From contig NW_027590191.1 of NCBI RefSeq assembly GCF_964213995.1, positions 744,001-803,225 of the forward strand: 59,225 bases of DNA, in the 5' to 3' direction. Below the pieces are notes generated by a model. It had not been told where the DNA came from and made no database searches. It saw only the letters and a list, made by a program, of their open reading frames with translations. Shown here in pieces: positions 21,900-32,550 of this stretch. Within the stretch, counting starts at the first letter, position 1. Every line of letters starts with the position of its first letter. The translations under genes and the position numbers were made by a program. The stretch comes from Mustelus asterias. Its lineage: Eukaryota.

Positions 21900-22345
21900 A
21901 AATTATTGCCCCCAACAAAGATGGCGGTTGCGCATGCGCTCTACCTGGTACCCGAATAAAACTGGCGGCTGCGCATGCGCCCTATCTACTGCGAGTGCCC
22001 GGATAAGGATGGCGGCCGCTAACCCAGCTCTGTGAGAAAAGCACTCCAGGGCGGGGGAACGGTCCCCGGGAACCGGTGGGTTATTCTTTCTCATTTGCAA
22101 TCTATATGACATGCTTACGAAGCGTATCCAGTCACTGACCTGATCCATCGCTCCCGCCATTCTCTCCTGGACGGATTGCAGATCGGAAAAAAAATCTTCC
22201 CCATTGCCCTTAATCACACTGCGCATGCCTCACTCAGCCTCGCCTCTCATTCATTCCGATTGGTCCTCCAGCCCCGTCCCCTCCTTCTATTGGTTGGAGC
22301 TGCTGTCAATCAGTCCCCGGGCATTGTGAGGTGTCAGGTGAGAGG
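21900..22345. promoter_or_regulatory. CpG-rich promoter between divergent ZNF B and ZNF C
   Basis: NRF1 GCGCATGCGC x2 (21930, 21971), YY1-type AAGATGGCGG (21918), ATTGG boxes, donor CAG|GTGAGA at ~22339. Confidence 0.7.
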
Positions 22346-22572
22346 TCAGTGCCGGGGGGATTACAATGAACATTCTCCACTCTCACTATTCACCGCTTCC
22401 GTTTTCTCCCCACAAGCCACCTCCAATAAAGAGAGCAGGGGGGACACACTGACCGAGTGACAATGTCGCTGCATTAGTAATCCAGAGAGACAGCACAATG
22501 TTCTAGGGACAGGGCTTCAAATCCATTCAATTAATACAATCTGCAATTTAAAGTTAGATTCAGTGATGGTAA

Positions 22573-22860
22573 TCATAGGATCCCTGCAGTACAGAAGACT
22601 ATTCGGCCCATTGAATCTGCACCGACCTCAATCACACCCAGGCCCTATTCCCGTAACCCCACACATTTACCCTGCTAATCCCCCCTGACACTAGGGTCAA
22701 TTTAGCATAGCCAATCAACCTAACCTGCATACCTTTGGACTGTGAGGAAACCGGAGTCCCCGGAGGAAACCCATGCAAACATGGGGAGAAAATGCAAACT
22801 CCACACAGAAAGTGATCCAAGCCGGGAATTGAACCCGGGTCCCTGATGCTGTGAGGCAAA
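22573..22860 (-). mobile_element. HE1-like V-SINE
   Basis: Absent from the paralogous segment at ~24590. Confidence 0.85.
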
Positions 22861-23522
22861 CCCATTGTAAACCCCTGGTGACTGAAGCTCCTCTGAGAAA
22901 ATCTCCACACACACAGTTCTGGACGCAAGGTTAGAGTCATAGAGGTTTACGGCATGGAAACAGGCCCTTCGGCCCAACTTGTCCATGCCGCCCTTTTTGT
23001 TTAAACCCCTAAACTACTCCCAATCGCTTGCATTTGGTCCATATCCCTCTATACCCATCTTACCCATGTAACTGTTAACATTAACGTCTGTTATTCTGTC
23101 TGGCCAGTCAGAGTGATTCAGATTCATGTTTGTCACAAGTAATGAATGAAATTATGCTCAATTTGTTATTTTTGTTAAAATTGTTTTTTTTTTGTTAAAT
23201 TTGTTAAAAGGATCTCGAAAGAATTATCCAAAACTTAATTTGGATTTCCAGGGAGGAGGGAGAGTGTGTGGGATGGGGATATACAGATTTGAATTGTCTG
23301 TTGAGAATTTATATCCTGGACTGACATTGGTTACATTTGTAAACACCATTGACAACATATTAGAAGCTGAGGATTTGTGGAGAAGATATTCAATTTAGGA
23401 TCAATTCAGGACCAAATTAATTTGGGGGAATGAAAGTGGAAAATATTCCACCAAATGAGAACTGTCTGTTAAGAATTTCTATCTTGTACTGACAGTGATG
23501 ACTTTTCAATCTCCTTTATCAG

Positions 23523-24260
23523 GTTATTAGAAGCAGAGGATTTGGAGGTGGGAAACGCAAACCAAACATCGCATCAATATCTGATACTCAATGAATCGGA
23601 GTGTGAGTATTATTGCCCTTTGAATATGGAGGGAAGATTGTTTTAACAGTTGCATAGTGTATAAAACATTGCAATTGAAGCAGAGAGAATCCGTACACGT
23701 GTACTGTGTACGAGGCTTGAGCTGATCATCCAACCTGGAGAGAAATAAGGACACCAGCATCACGGAGAAACTGTGTAAATGTGGAGATTGCGGAAAGGGA
23801 TTCAAATACCCATCCTTGCTGGAAATTCAGTCACACTGGAGAGAAGCTGTTCACTTGTTCCGTATGTGGGAAGGGATTCACTCAGTCATCTGAGCTTCTG
23901 ATACATCAGAGAGTTCATACTGGAGGAAAGCCATTCACCTGTTCTGTTTGTGGGAGGGGATTCATTCAGTTATCCCAGCTGCTGACACACCAGCGAGTTC
24001 ACACTGGGGAGAGGCCATTCACCTGCTCTGTGTGTGAGAAGAGATTCACTAATTCATCAAACATTCTGACACACCAGCGAGTTCACACTGGTGAGAGACC
24101 ATTCATTTGTTCCATGTGTGAGAAAGGATTCAAAACTTCATCAAACCTTCTGACACACCAGCGAGTTGACACCCGGGAGAGGCCATTCACCTGTTCGGTG
24201 TGTGAGAGGGGATTCAGTCAGCTAGCCCACCTGATGACACACCAGCAAGTTCACAAGTGA
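23523..24260 (+). pseudogene. C2H2 zinc-finger gene C, probable pseudogene
   Basis: Acceptor AG 23521-23522; start of the MEKxxKC unit reads ACG; frameshift near 23830; then 4 intact + 1 degenerate finger. Confidence 0.8.
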
Positions 24261-24740
24261 CTAAAGGGTTTGGATTCCACTGATGTTGCTGGCGTTCATC
24301 ATACCCAGGACTGAACCATGTTCATTCTGACAATTCAGGTTTGTTTCTCTGATGTTACCAACTATAGTACTGGCTGGAGTTTAAGATTCTAGTTAATTAG
24401 CTGATTATGTGACCTGCAGTCTCCCTTTAAGAATATGTGCCTGTGATCATTCCCCTGAATTCAGAGACTGAACTTGTGGCAATGTCACTGCGTTAGTAAT
24501 CCAGAGAGGCAGCACAATGGTCTGGGGACAGGGCTTCAAATCCATCCAATTTATACAAGCTGCAATTTAAAGTTAGTCCCAGTGGTGGTGACCAAGGCTC
24601 ATCTGAAAATATCTCCACACACCCAGCTCTGAACACAAGATTCAGATCCATGTTTTTCACAAGGCATGAATGAAATTATGTTCTGTTTGTTATTTTTGTT
24701 AAAATTGGTTATTCTTTTGTTAAATTTGTTAAAAATTTGG

Positions 24741-24860
24741 GAGCTTTTGGAACACTGCTCCTTCATCAGGTGAACACGCTCACCTAATGAAGGAGCAGTG
24801 CTCTGAAAGCTCGTGATACCAAATAAACCTGTTGGACTTTAACCTGGTGTTGTGAGACTT
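24741..24860. mobile_element. Penelope-like terminal repeat family A, partly palindromic
   Basis: Inverted arms around GAACACGCTC; degenerate hammerhead-like core. Confidence 0.75.
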
Positions 24861-25646
24861 TGTACTTCTCCCTAATATACTCTACGAATGGTATGTTTTG
24901 TCTGTATAGGTTGCCAGAAACATTACTTTTCACATGTCACAATAAATCAAATCAATGTGTCGTCATCCTGGGCTAGAAACCAGGAGGAGGGAATGTTGTG
25001 ACTTTCTCTGAATTGTTACAGCACAGAAAGAGGCCATTTGGCCCATTGTGTCTGTGCTGGCTCTCAGAATGAGCAATTCACTGAGTGGTATTCCCCTGCC
25101 TTTTCCGTCTAACCCGGTTCATTCATCCCCTTCAGATAACCAAATTCAGAGTTTGTATCCTCTGACAGTGATGGATTTTGGAAACTCCTTTTCTAAGGGG
25201 TTAAAAGGGGAGGATTAACACACAGCAAACTCAAACCAAGAGAAACGTTTGTTCTGAATGTTATCCTGTCCTTACATTGACAGCTTTTCTAAAATCTTTT
25301 TTCCACAGGGAGTTACAATCGGGAAACACTCGTCAATATCTGACATTCACTCGATTCATCGGGAGCTGAATATCATCAACCTCTGAATGTGGAAGGAGAA
25401 ATGTTTGTCTGTTCTGTTTGTGGGAAAAGAATTTCAAACATCAGTGTGACTAGAAAAGCACCGAGACACACACACACCTGAGTGGGAGTGTTCCAGTGAA
25501 CTGACTGCGGAAAGAGCTTTAACCAGTTACACAGCCTGAAAAAACATCACACCATTCACAGTGAGGAGAAACTGTACATGTGTTCTGTGTGTGGCCGAGG
25601 CTTCAACTGATCATCCAACCTGGAGAGACACAAGGACACTGGCACC

Positions 25647-26237
25647 ATGGAGAAACCATGGAAATGTGGGGACTGTGGGAAGGGATTCAGTTGTCCTTCC
25701 CATCTGGAGGCTCATCGACGCAGTCACACCGGGGAACGGCCATTCACCTGCTCTGCGTGTGGGAAAGGATTCACTCGGTTATCCTGTCTTCAGACACACC
25801 ATCTTGTTCATTCTGATAACAAACTTTTCACTTGCTCTGTCTGTGAGAACAGTTTTAAAAGGAAACCGGATTTGCTGACTCACCAACGCATTCACACCGG
25901 GCAGAGACCGTTCACCTGCTCTGCGTGTGGGAAGGGATTCACTCAGTCATCCAACCTGCAGACACACCAGCAAGTTCACACTGGAGAGAGACCGTTCACC
26001 TGCTCCGAGTGTGGGAAGGGATTCATTCACTCATCAATTCTGCTAAAACACCAGCGAGTTCACACGCGGGAGAGGCTGTTCACCTGCTCCGATTGTGGGA
26101 AGGGATTCATTCAGTCATCCCACCTACTGAGACACAAACCAGTTCACACAGGGGAGAGGCCATTCACCTGCTCCCAGTGTGGGAAGAGATTCACTAATTC
26201 ATCCCACCTACTGAGACACCAGCGAGTTCACAAGTGA
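25647..26237 (+). CDS. C2H2 zinc-finger protein D (7 fingers, no KRAB)
   Basis: 196-aa ORF from ACCATGG; decayed fingers upstream (25385-25646); AATAAA at ~26775. Confidence 0.85.
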   Translation: MEKPWKCGDCGKGFSCPSHLEAHRRSHTGERPFTCSACGKGFTRLSCLQTHHLVHSDNKLFTCSVCENSFKRKPDLLTHQRIHTGQRPFTCSACGKGFTQSSNLQTHQQVHTGERPFTCSECGKGFIHSSILLKHQRVHTRERLFTCSDCGKGFIQSSHLLRHKPVHTGERPFTCSQCGKRFTNSSHLLRHQRVHK

Positions 26238-26307
26238 CAGCAGGGATTGGATTCTGCTGTTATGCTGCTGTTACTCACATCCTGGACTGAACCATGTTGA
26301 TTCTGAC

Positions 26308-26722
26308 TTTTTCAGCTTTTTCTGGAACATAGGAGGCTGAGTGGTAATCTTTTTGAGGTCTATAAAATAATGAGGGGCATAGATCAGCGAGATAGTCAAT
26401 ATCTTTTCCCAAAGGTCGGGGAGTCTAAATCTAGAGGGCATAGGTTTAAGGTGAGAGGGGAGAGAAACAAATGTGTCCAGAGGGGCAATTTCTTCACACA
26501 GAGGGTGGTGAGTGGCTGGAACAAGCTGCCAGCGGTAGTAGTAGAGGCGGGTTCAATTCTGTCTTTTAAAAAGCATTTAGATAGTTACATGGGTAAGATG
26601 TGTATAGAGGGAAAAGGGCCAAATGTGGGCAATTGGGACTAGCTTAGGGGTTTAAAAAAAAGGTCAGCATGGGACAAGTTGGGCCGAAGGGCCTGTTTCC
26701 ATGCTGTAAACCTCTATGACTA
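26308..26722 (+). mobile_element. CR1 3' fragment in the ZNF D 3'UTR
   Basis: RGHRFKV..FFTQRVV motif and CR1 tail; splits the shared ZNF 3' module. Confidence 0.85.
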
Positions 26723-26879
26723 TGTTAATAATCCCAAGAACTGAGCTGGAGTTTAAGATTCTGAAAACACATGAAATAAACCAGCTCAGTGTCAAACACC
26801 CGGTGTGTTGCATATTTGTTAAGAGACTAACTGAAATCCTGTTCTCGACTGTTCCATTTCTGGGTCTTCTCTCAGTTGA

Positions 26880-27272
26880 AGGAACATTTATATTTGTGTT
26901 GAGCCTTTCATGATATCAGGTTGTTCCAAAGTTTTCCTAGCCAATCAAATTCTTTTGAAGTTCAGACAATGTTGGAAATACAGCAGCTCATTTGCACAGC
27001 AAGATCCCATGGAAAATAATCCAGACAATGTATTTGAGTGATCTTGATTGAGGGATAAAGGTTGATCAAGACTCTTCCCCTGCTCTTTGAAATAGCATCA
27101 ATGGATCTCTTATGCCTGACTGTTCAGTCTTACTTGGAACATAGGACCTCTGACAGTGCGGGGCTCCCTCAGTACTGCAGTGGAATGTCAGTCTGGAATT
27201 TCTGTTCACTTCTCTGGATTTGAAACCACAGCCTCCTGACTCAGATATGAGAAAGCAATCACTGAGCCAAGG
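26880..27272 (-). mobile_element. old DeuSINE-like element (SacSINE1-like)
   Basis: Minus strand tRNA-like head then GTACTGAGGGAG..CACTGTCAGAGG and GGGATCTTGCTGTGCAAATG, recalled as the Deu domain. Confidence 0.55.
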
Positions 27273-27460
27273 TTAACACCTCATCATTACAGTGGATTAT
27301 TTCAGTTTTCAAACCTCTGGTTACCCTCATGGACAAATCCCAGCTGCCCATTCCTTCAAGAGTGTCTCTCTTAGCCTGGATATCCTGAGGAGGTGTCGGT
27401 AACACAGCCATGTAGCTGTCCTCAGTGTTTAATGGCACAGTGTGGACACAAATCCACAGG

Positions 27461-27666
27461 AAATAGTCTCACAACACCAGGTTAAAGTCCAACAGGTTTA
27501 TTTGGTAGCACTAGCTTTCCAAGCACCGCTCCTTCATCAGGTGAGTGCCCGATGAAGGAGCGGCACTCCGAAAGCTCGTGCTACCAAATAAACCCATTGG
27601 ACTTTAACCTAGTGTTGTGAGACTACTTACTGTGCCTACCCCAGTCCAACACTGGCAACTCCACAT
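27461..27666. mobile_element. palindromic mini Penelope-like element (family A) with 14-bp TSD
   Basis: ~75-bp inverted arms; TSD CACAAATCCACAGG at 27447-27460 and 27667-27680. Confidence 0.85.
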
Positions 27667-28555
27667 CACAAATCCACAGGGACAGTGAGAGTCTGATTCA
27701 ATGTTGTACAAATCTGTTCAATATTTCATCCTTGGCTCTGAGTCTTTGGGTGATGATTTAAATCTGATGTCCATTAGTTGCTGACTCATCGACTTGAGAA
27801 ATAGTTTTTTCTCATTCACCTGATAAAATTTTGAACCCATCCCCAGATTTTCAATCAGTTCTCGTGAAAAGAACCCCAGTTTCTATAATCTTTCCTGATA
27901 ACTAAAGCCTCTATTCCCTGTGATTGTCTCAGTGAATCTCTTCTGCACCCCTCATGATTTTGAATGTTTCTATCAAATCTCCTCTCAGTCTTTTCTCCAA
28001 GTGAAAGAGTCCCAAATTCTCCAATCTGTCTTCATCACTGAAGTTTCTCATCCCTGGAATCATTCTCCTAAATCTGATTTTCCAGCCTTTGTTTTCTATT
28101 TCCATGTGGAAAGAATTGCTACAAGAACTGGAAAAACTCAGCATGTCTGCCCGCATTTATCAAGAGAGAAAGCAGAGTTAAGGTTTCTGGTCCTTTGACT
28201 TTTCGTCACAGTTGAAGAATTACTGCCCGATTTCACTCTGAGCTCCAATCTTTCACACAATGTTCCCTTGTTCTTGATTCCCCCACCAGAGGAAATCATT
28301 TTTCCATATCTACCCAACTGAAAGGATAAACTGATTTTGGTCAGTTCCCTTTAATCTAGATCAGCACAAATTTCCCTTTTACATTCCAGGACCAGCAGCA
28401 TTTCAGGAATGGTTTATAACAAGAAATTCACAATTTCCTATCCCATGAAGAAAAGGTTATGGTTATAACTTAATACTGGATTGGTGCTGAATCTGGACAT
28501 GTAAAGCCAGGTTAAAGTTTAAAGTTGAGATCATTTTTTTAAAGGTGAGATCATG

Positions 28556-28782
28556 TACTAGCGGACTCAAGAACAGCTTCTTCCCTGCCACCATCAGACT
28601 TTTGAATGGACCTACCACAATAAGCAGATCTCTCTCTACACCCTATCTGTAAGTGCAACATTATATTCTGCAGCCTTTCCTTCTATGCTATGTACTCTAT
28701 GAACGGTATTTATTGTCCGACCAGCATGCAAGAGATAACACTTTCACTGTATCCCAATAAATGTGACAATAATAAATCAAAT
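28556..28782 (+). mobile_element. Rex/Babar-like LINE 3' end
   Basis: Translates TSGLKNSFFPATIRLLN, then UTR ending AATAAATCAAAT. Confidence 0.65.
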
Positions 28783-29122
28783 TTTTTCCACTTAGTAAGG
28801 AAGTTAAAACTAGAGGACACAGCCTCAAAATAAAGGGGGGTCGGTTTAAGACAGAGTTGAGGAGGAACTTCTTCTCCCAGAGGGTGGTGAATCTCTGGAA
28901 TTCTCTGCCCACTGAGGTGGTGGAGGCTACCTCGCTGAATATGTTTAAAGCGCGGATGGATGGATTCCTGATCGGTAAGGGAATTAAGGGTTATGGGGAT
29001 CAGGCGGGTAAGTGGTACTGATCCACGTCAGATCAGCCATGATCTTATTGAATGGCGGGGCAGGCTCGAGGGGCTAGATGGCCTACTCCTGCTCCTATTT
29101 CTTATGTTCTTATGTTCTTATG
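28783..29122 (+). mobile_element. young CR1 3' fragment
   Basis: Nearly identical to 53812-54143; (TTCTTATG)n tail. Confidence 0.9.
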
Positions 29123-29229
29123 TAAATCAAAACAGAGAATTGTTACAATGATTAACCCGGAAGAATTGAAGACACAGAGGATAAGATAAACTTTGAAAGA
29201 TTGAATATTCGAAGGTAAAGTAAAAGTAT

Positions 29230-29508
29230 TTTTTTTATTAGTCACAAGTGGGCTTACATTAACACTGCAATGAAATTACTGTTAAAATCCCCCAGTCACC
29301 ACACTCCGGCACCTTTTCGGGTACACTGAGGGAGAATTTAGCATGGCCAATGCACCCTAACCAGCATGTCTTTTGGACAGTGGGAAGAAACCGGAGCACC
29401 TGGAGAAAACCCACACAGACACGGGGAGAACATGCAGACTCTGCATAGAAAGTAACCCAAGCCGGAAATTGAACCTGGGTCCCTGGTGCTGTGAGGCAGC
29501 AGTGCTAA
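29230..29508 (-). mobile_element. V-SINE with alternative tail, split by a CR1 (head remnant at 30892-30911)
   Basis: HE1-like head and V-domain, tail matching 36303-36608. Confidence 0.75.
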
Positions 29509-30891
29509 GACCATAAGACCATAAGACATAGGAGCGGAAGTAAGGCCATTCGGCCCATCGAGTCCACTCCACCATTCAATCATGGTTGATTTCAACTCCA
29601 TTTACCCGCTCTCTCCCCATAGCCCTTAATTCCTCGAGAAATCAAGAATTTATCAATTTCTGTCTTGAAGACGCTCAACGTCTCGGCCTCCACAGCCCTC
29701 TGTGGCAATGAATTCCACAGACCCACCACTCTCTGGCTGAAGAAATTTCTCCTCATCTCTGTTCTAAAGTGACTCCCTTTTATTCTAAGGCTGTGCCCCC
29801 GCGTCCTAGTCTCCCCTGTTAATGGAAACAACTTCCCTACGTCCATCCTATCTAAGCCGTTCATTATCTTGTAAGTTTCTATCAGATCTCCCCTCAACCT
29901 CCTAAACTCCAATGAATATAATCCCACGATCCTCAGACGTTCATCGTATGTCAGGCCTACCATTCCTGGGATCATCCGTGTGAATCTCCGCTGGACCCGC
30001 TCCAGTGCCAGTATGTCCTTCCTGAGGTGTGGGGCCCAAAATTGCTCACAGTACTCCAAATGGGGCCTAACCAGTGCTTTATAAAGCCTCAGAAGTACAT
30101 CCCTGCTTTTGTATTCCAAGCCTCTTGAGATAAATGACAACATTACATTTGCTTTCCTAATTACGGACTCAACCTGCAAGTTTACCTTTAGAGAATCCTG
30201 GACTAGGACTCCCAAGTCCCTTTGCACTTTAGCATTATGAATTTTGTCACCGTTTAGAAAATAGTCCATGCCTCTATTCTTTTTTCCAAAGTGTACGACC
30301 TCGCACTTGCCCACGTTGAATTTCATCAGCCACTTCTTGGACCACTCTCCTAAACTGTCTAAATCTTTCTGCAGCCTCCCCACCTCCTCAATACTACCTG
30401 CCCCTCCACCTATCTTTGTATCATCGGCAAACTTGGCCAGAATGCTCCCAGTCCCGTCATCTAGATCGTTAATATATAAAGAGAACAGCTGTGGCCCCAA
30501 CACTGAACCCTGCGGGACACCACTTGTCACCGGTTGCCATTCTGAGAAAGAACCTTTTATCCCAACTCTCTGCCTTCTGTCTGACAGCCAATCGTCAATC
30601 CATGTTAGTACCTTGCCTCGAATACCATGGGCCCTTATTTTACTCAGCAGTCTCCCGTGAGGCACCTTGTCAAAGGCCTTTTGGAAGTCAAGATAGATAA
30701 CATCCATTGGCTCTCCTTGGTCTAACCTATTTGTTATCTCTTCAAAGAACTCTAACAGGTTTGTCAGGCACGACCTCCCCTTACTAAATCCATGCTGACT
30801 TGTCTTAATCCGACCCTGCACTTCCAAGAATTTAGAAATCTCATCCTTAACGATGGATTCTAGAATTTCTAGAATTCTAGATTCTAGAATC
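29509..30891 (-). mobile_element. 5'-truncated CR1 LINE (RT C-terminal ORF 29592-30827)
   Basis: 411-aa RT fragment; (CTTATGGT)n tail; CTAA at both junctions. Confidence 0.92.
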
Positions 30892-30955
30892 TAACCACCG
30901 TGCCCACGCCCCTGGTGGAGGGATGTGGGGAAGAAGGACTGATGATATGAAAATA

Positions 30956-31039
30956 GTAAGAAGTCTCACAACACCAGGTTAGAGTCCAACAGGTTTATCT
31001 GGAACCATGAGCTTTCGGAGCGCTGCTCCTTCATCAGGC
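30956..31039. mobile_element. mini Penelope-like element family A with 12-bp TSD
   Basis: TSD GATATGAAAATA at 30944-30955 and 31040-31051; minus strand CTGATGAAGGAGCAGCGCTCCGAAAG. Confidence 0.85.
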
Positions 31040-31179
31040 GATATGAAAATACAAGCTGGACTGCAGTGAATGAACCTGAGTGAAGTGGTTCTGATCATGT
31101 TGAGGGTTTGTTGGGATGGTCACTCTCCTTTGTTCAGACACAACATGTCCCAACATCCAACTGCAAGACTTCTTTTCTG

Positions 31180-31455
31180 CACTGCCAGCGCAAGCGCAGT
31201 TTTCCCTTAGGTGACGTCATTGGAACAGCCTGTCAACGTGTTCGCGCACGTGCAGATTCTGAGCTAATCGCGCAGTCGCAACCATGCGGTGACGCCATCA
31301 CACGCACACCATTGTGGTGTCATCACGCCCACTTCCGGGGTTCCCACAGTGGCGGGAGTTTTGAAATCTCTCTCTCTGGTTTCTGATCTTTCCAGCTGCA
31401 GCTCCCAGAAGCAGATTTATCTTTAAAACAGCGGCATTGTTTCAGAGGCGAGTGC
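31180..31455 (+). promoter_or_regulatory. probable promoter and non-coding first exon of ZNF E
   Basis: CpG-rich; CRE TGACGTCA (31212), TGACGCCA, ETS CACTTCCGG (~31331); possible GC donor GAG|GCGAGT at ~31448. Confidence 0.6.
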
Positions 31456-31552
31456 TTGTGACCATTCCTCTGAAACTGAGAGTTTTTAGTGGTGTGTTCT
31501 GTTATCTGAGAGAGGTTCCACGTGTGGCTGGTCTGACTTCTTTACTGTGGAT

Positions 31553-31739
31553 CATAGAATCATAGAAACCCTACAGTGCAGAAGGAGGCCATTCGGCCCA
31601 TCGAGTCTGCACCGACCACAATCCCACTCAGGCCCTACCCCCACATATTTTACCCGATAATCCCTCTAACCTCCGCATCCCAGGACTCTAAGGGGCAATT
31701 TTTAACCTGGCCAATCAACCTAACCCGCACATCTTTGGA
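31553..31739 (-). mobile_element. HE1 SINE 3' half
   Basis: Matches tail half of 18554-18905. Confidence 0.85.
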
Positions 31740-31929
31740 TCTGAATCCATGTCCATCCATTGCTCAGTTTTACCTCTGCCCTCCCTGATCACCTTTCTGT
31801 CATTGTCTAACTTCCCTCTGTCTCTAATGCTGGGTATGTTTTAACTGTGTTTAATATTTTACTGTTAGATTGTCTAAATGAAGTTTCAACTGTTGTCCCT
31901 CCCCCGACTATGTATTGATGGTGATATTT

Positions 31930-32190
31930 GAATGCAGTCAAAAAATCTGGAATTTAAAGTCTACTGATGACCATGAAACCATTGTCGATTGTTGTAAAAA
32001 ACCTATCTGGTTCACTAATGTCCTTTCGGGAAGAAGATCTGCTGTCCTTACCTGGCCTGGCCTACATGTGACTCCAGATTTTCAGCAATGTGGTTGACTC
32101 TTATCTGTCTTCTGAAATGGCTGAGCAAGCCACTCAGTCCAAGGGCAATTAGGGATGGGCAATAAATGCTGGCTCGTCCTTCTGTGAATG
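31930..32190 (+). mobile_element. MER131-like SINE
   Basis: CTAATGTCCTTT..GGAAG..TCTGC..CCTTACCTGG..CATGTGACTCCAGA core, also at ~20310-20420 and ~33130-33680; name from recalled consensus. Confidence 0.5.
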
Positions 32191-32228
32191 ACTTTTTAAA
32201 AAAATTACTAGCTTTATCTTCCCACAGC

Positions 32229-32550
32229 ATAGAATCATAGAATACCTACAGTGCAGAAGGAGGCCATTCAGCCCATCAAGTTTGCACCAACAATAATCCC
32301 ACCTAGGCCCTATCCCCATAACCTCACATATTTACCCTGCTAACCCCTCTGACAGTAATGGGCAATTTAGTTTGACCAATCCATCTTACCTGCACATTTT
32401 TGGAGTGTGGGAGGAAACCGGAGCACCCGGAGGAAACCCATGCCAGCACAGGGAGAATGTGCAAACAGCACACTGACAGTCACCCAAGGCTGGAATTCAA
32501 CCCGGATCCCTGGTGCTGTGAGGCAGCAGTGCTAACCACTGTGCCACCGT
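32229..32550 (-). mobile_element. HE1 SINE
   Basis: Head, V-domain and tail all present. Confidence 0.85.

Noticed and set aside
25605-25612. Selenocysteine or programmed readthrough at the shared ZNF TGA
   Set aside because: Position corresponds to CGA (Arg) in paralogs, explained by CpG decay; upstream fingers carry further stops and frameshifts.
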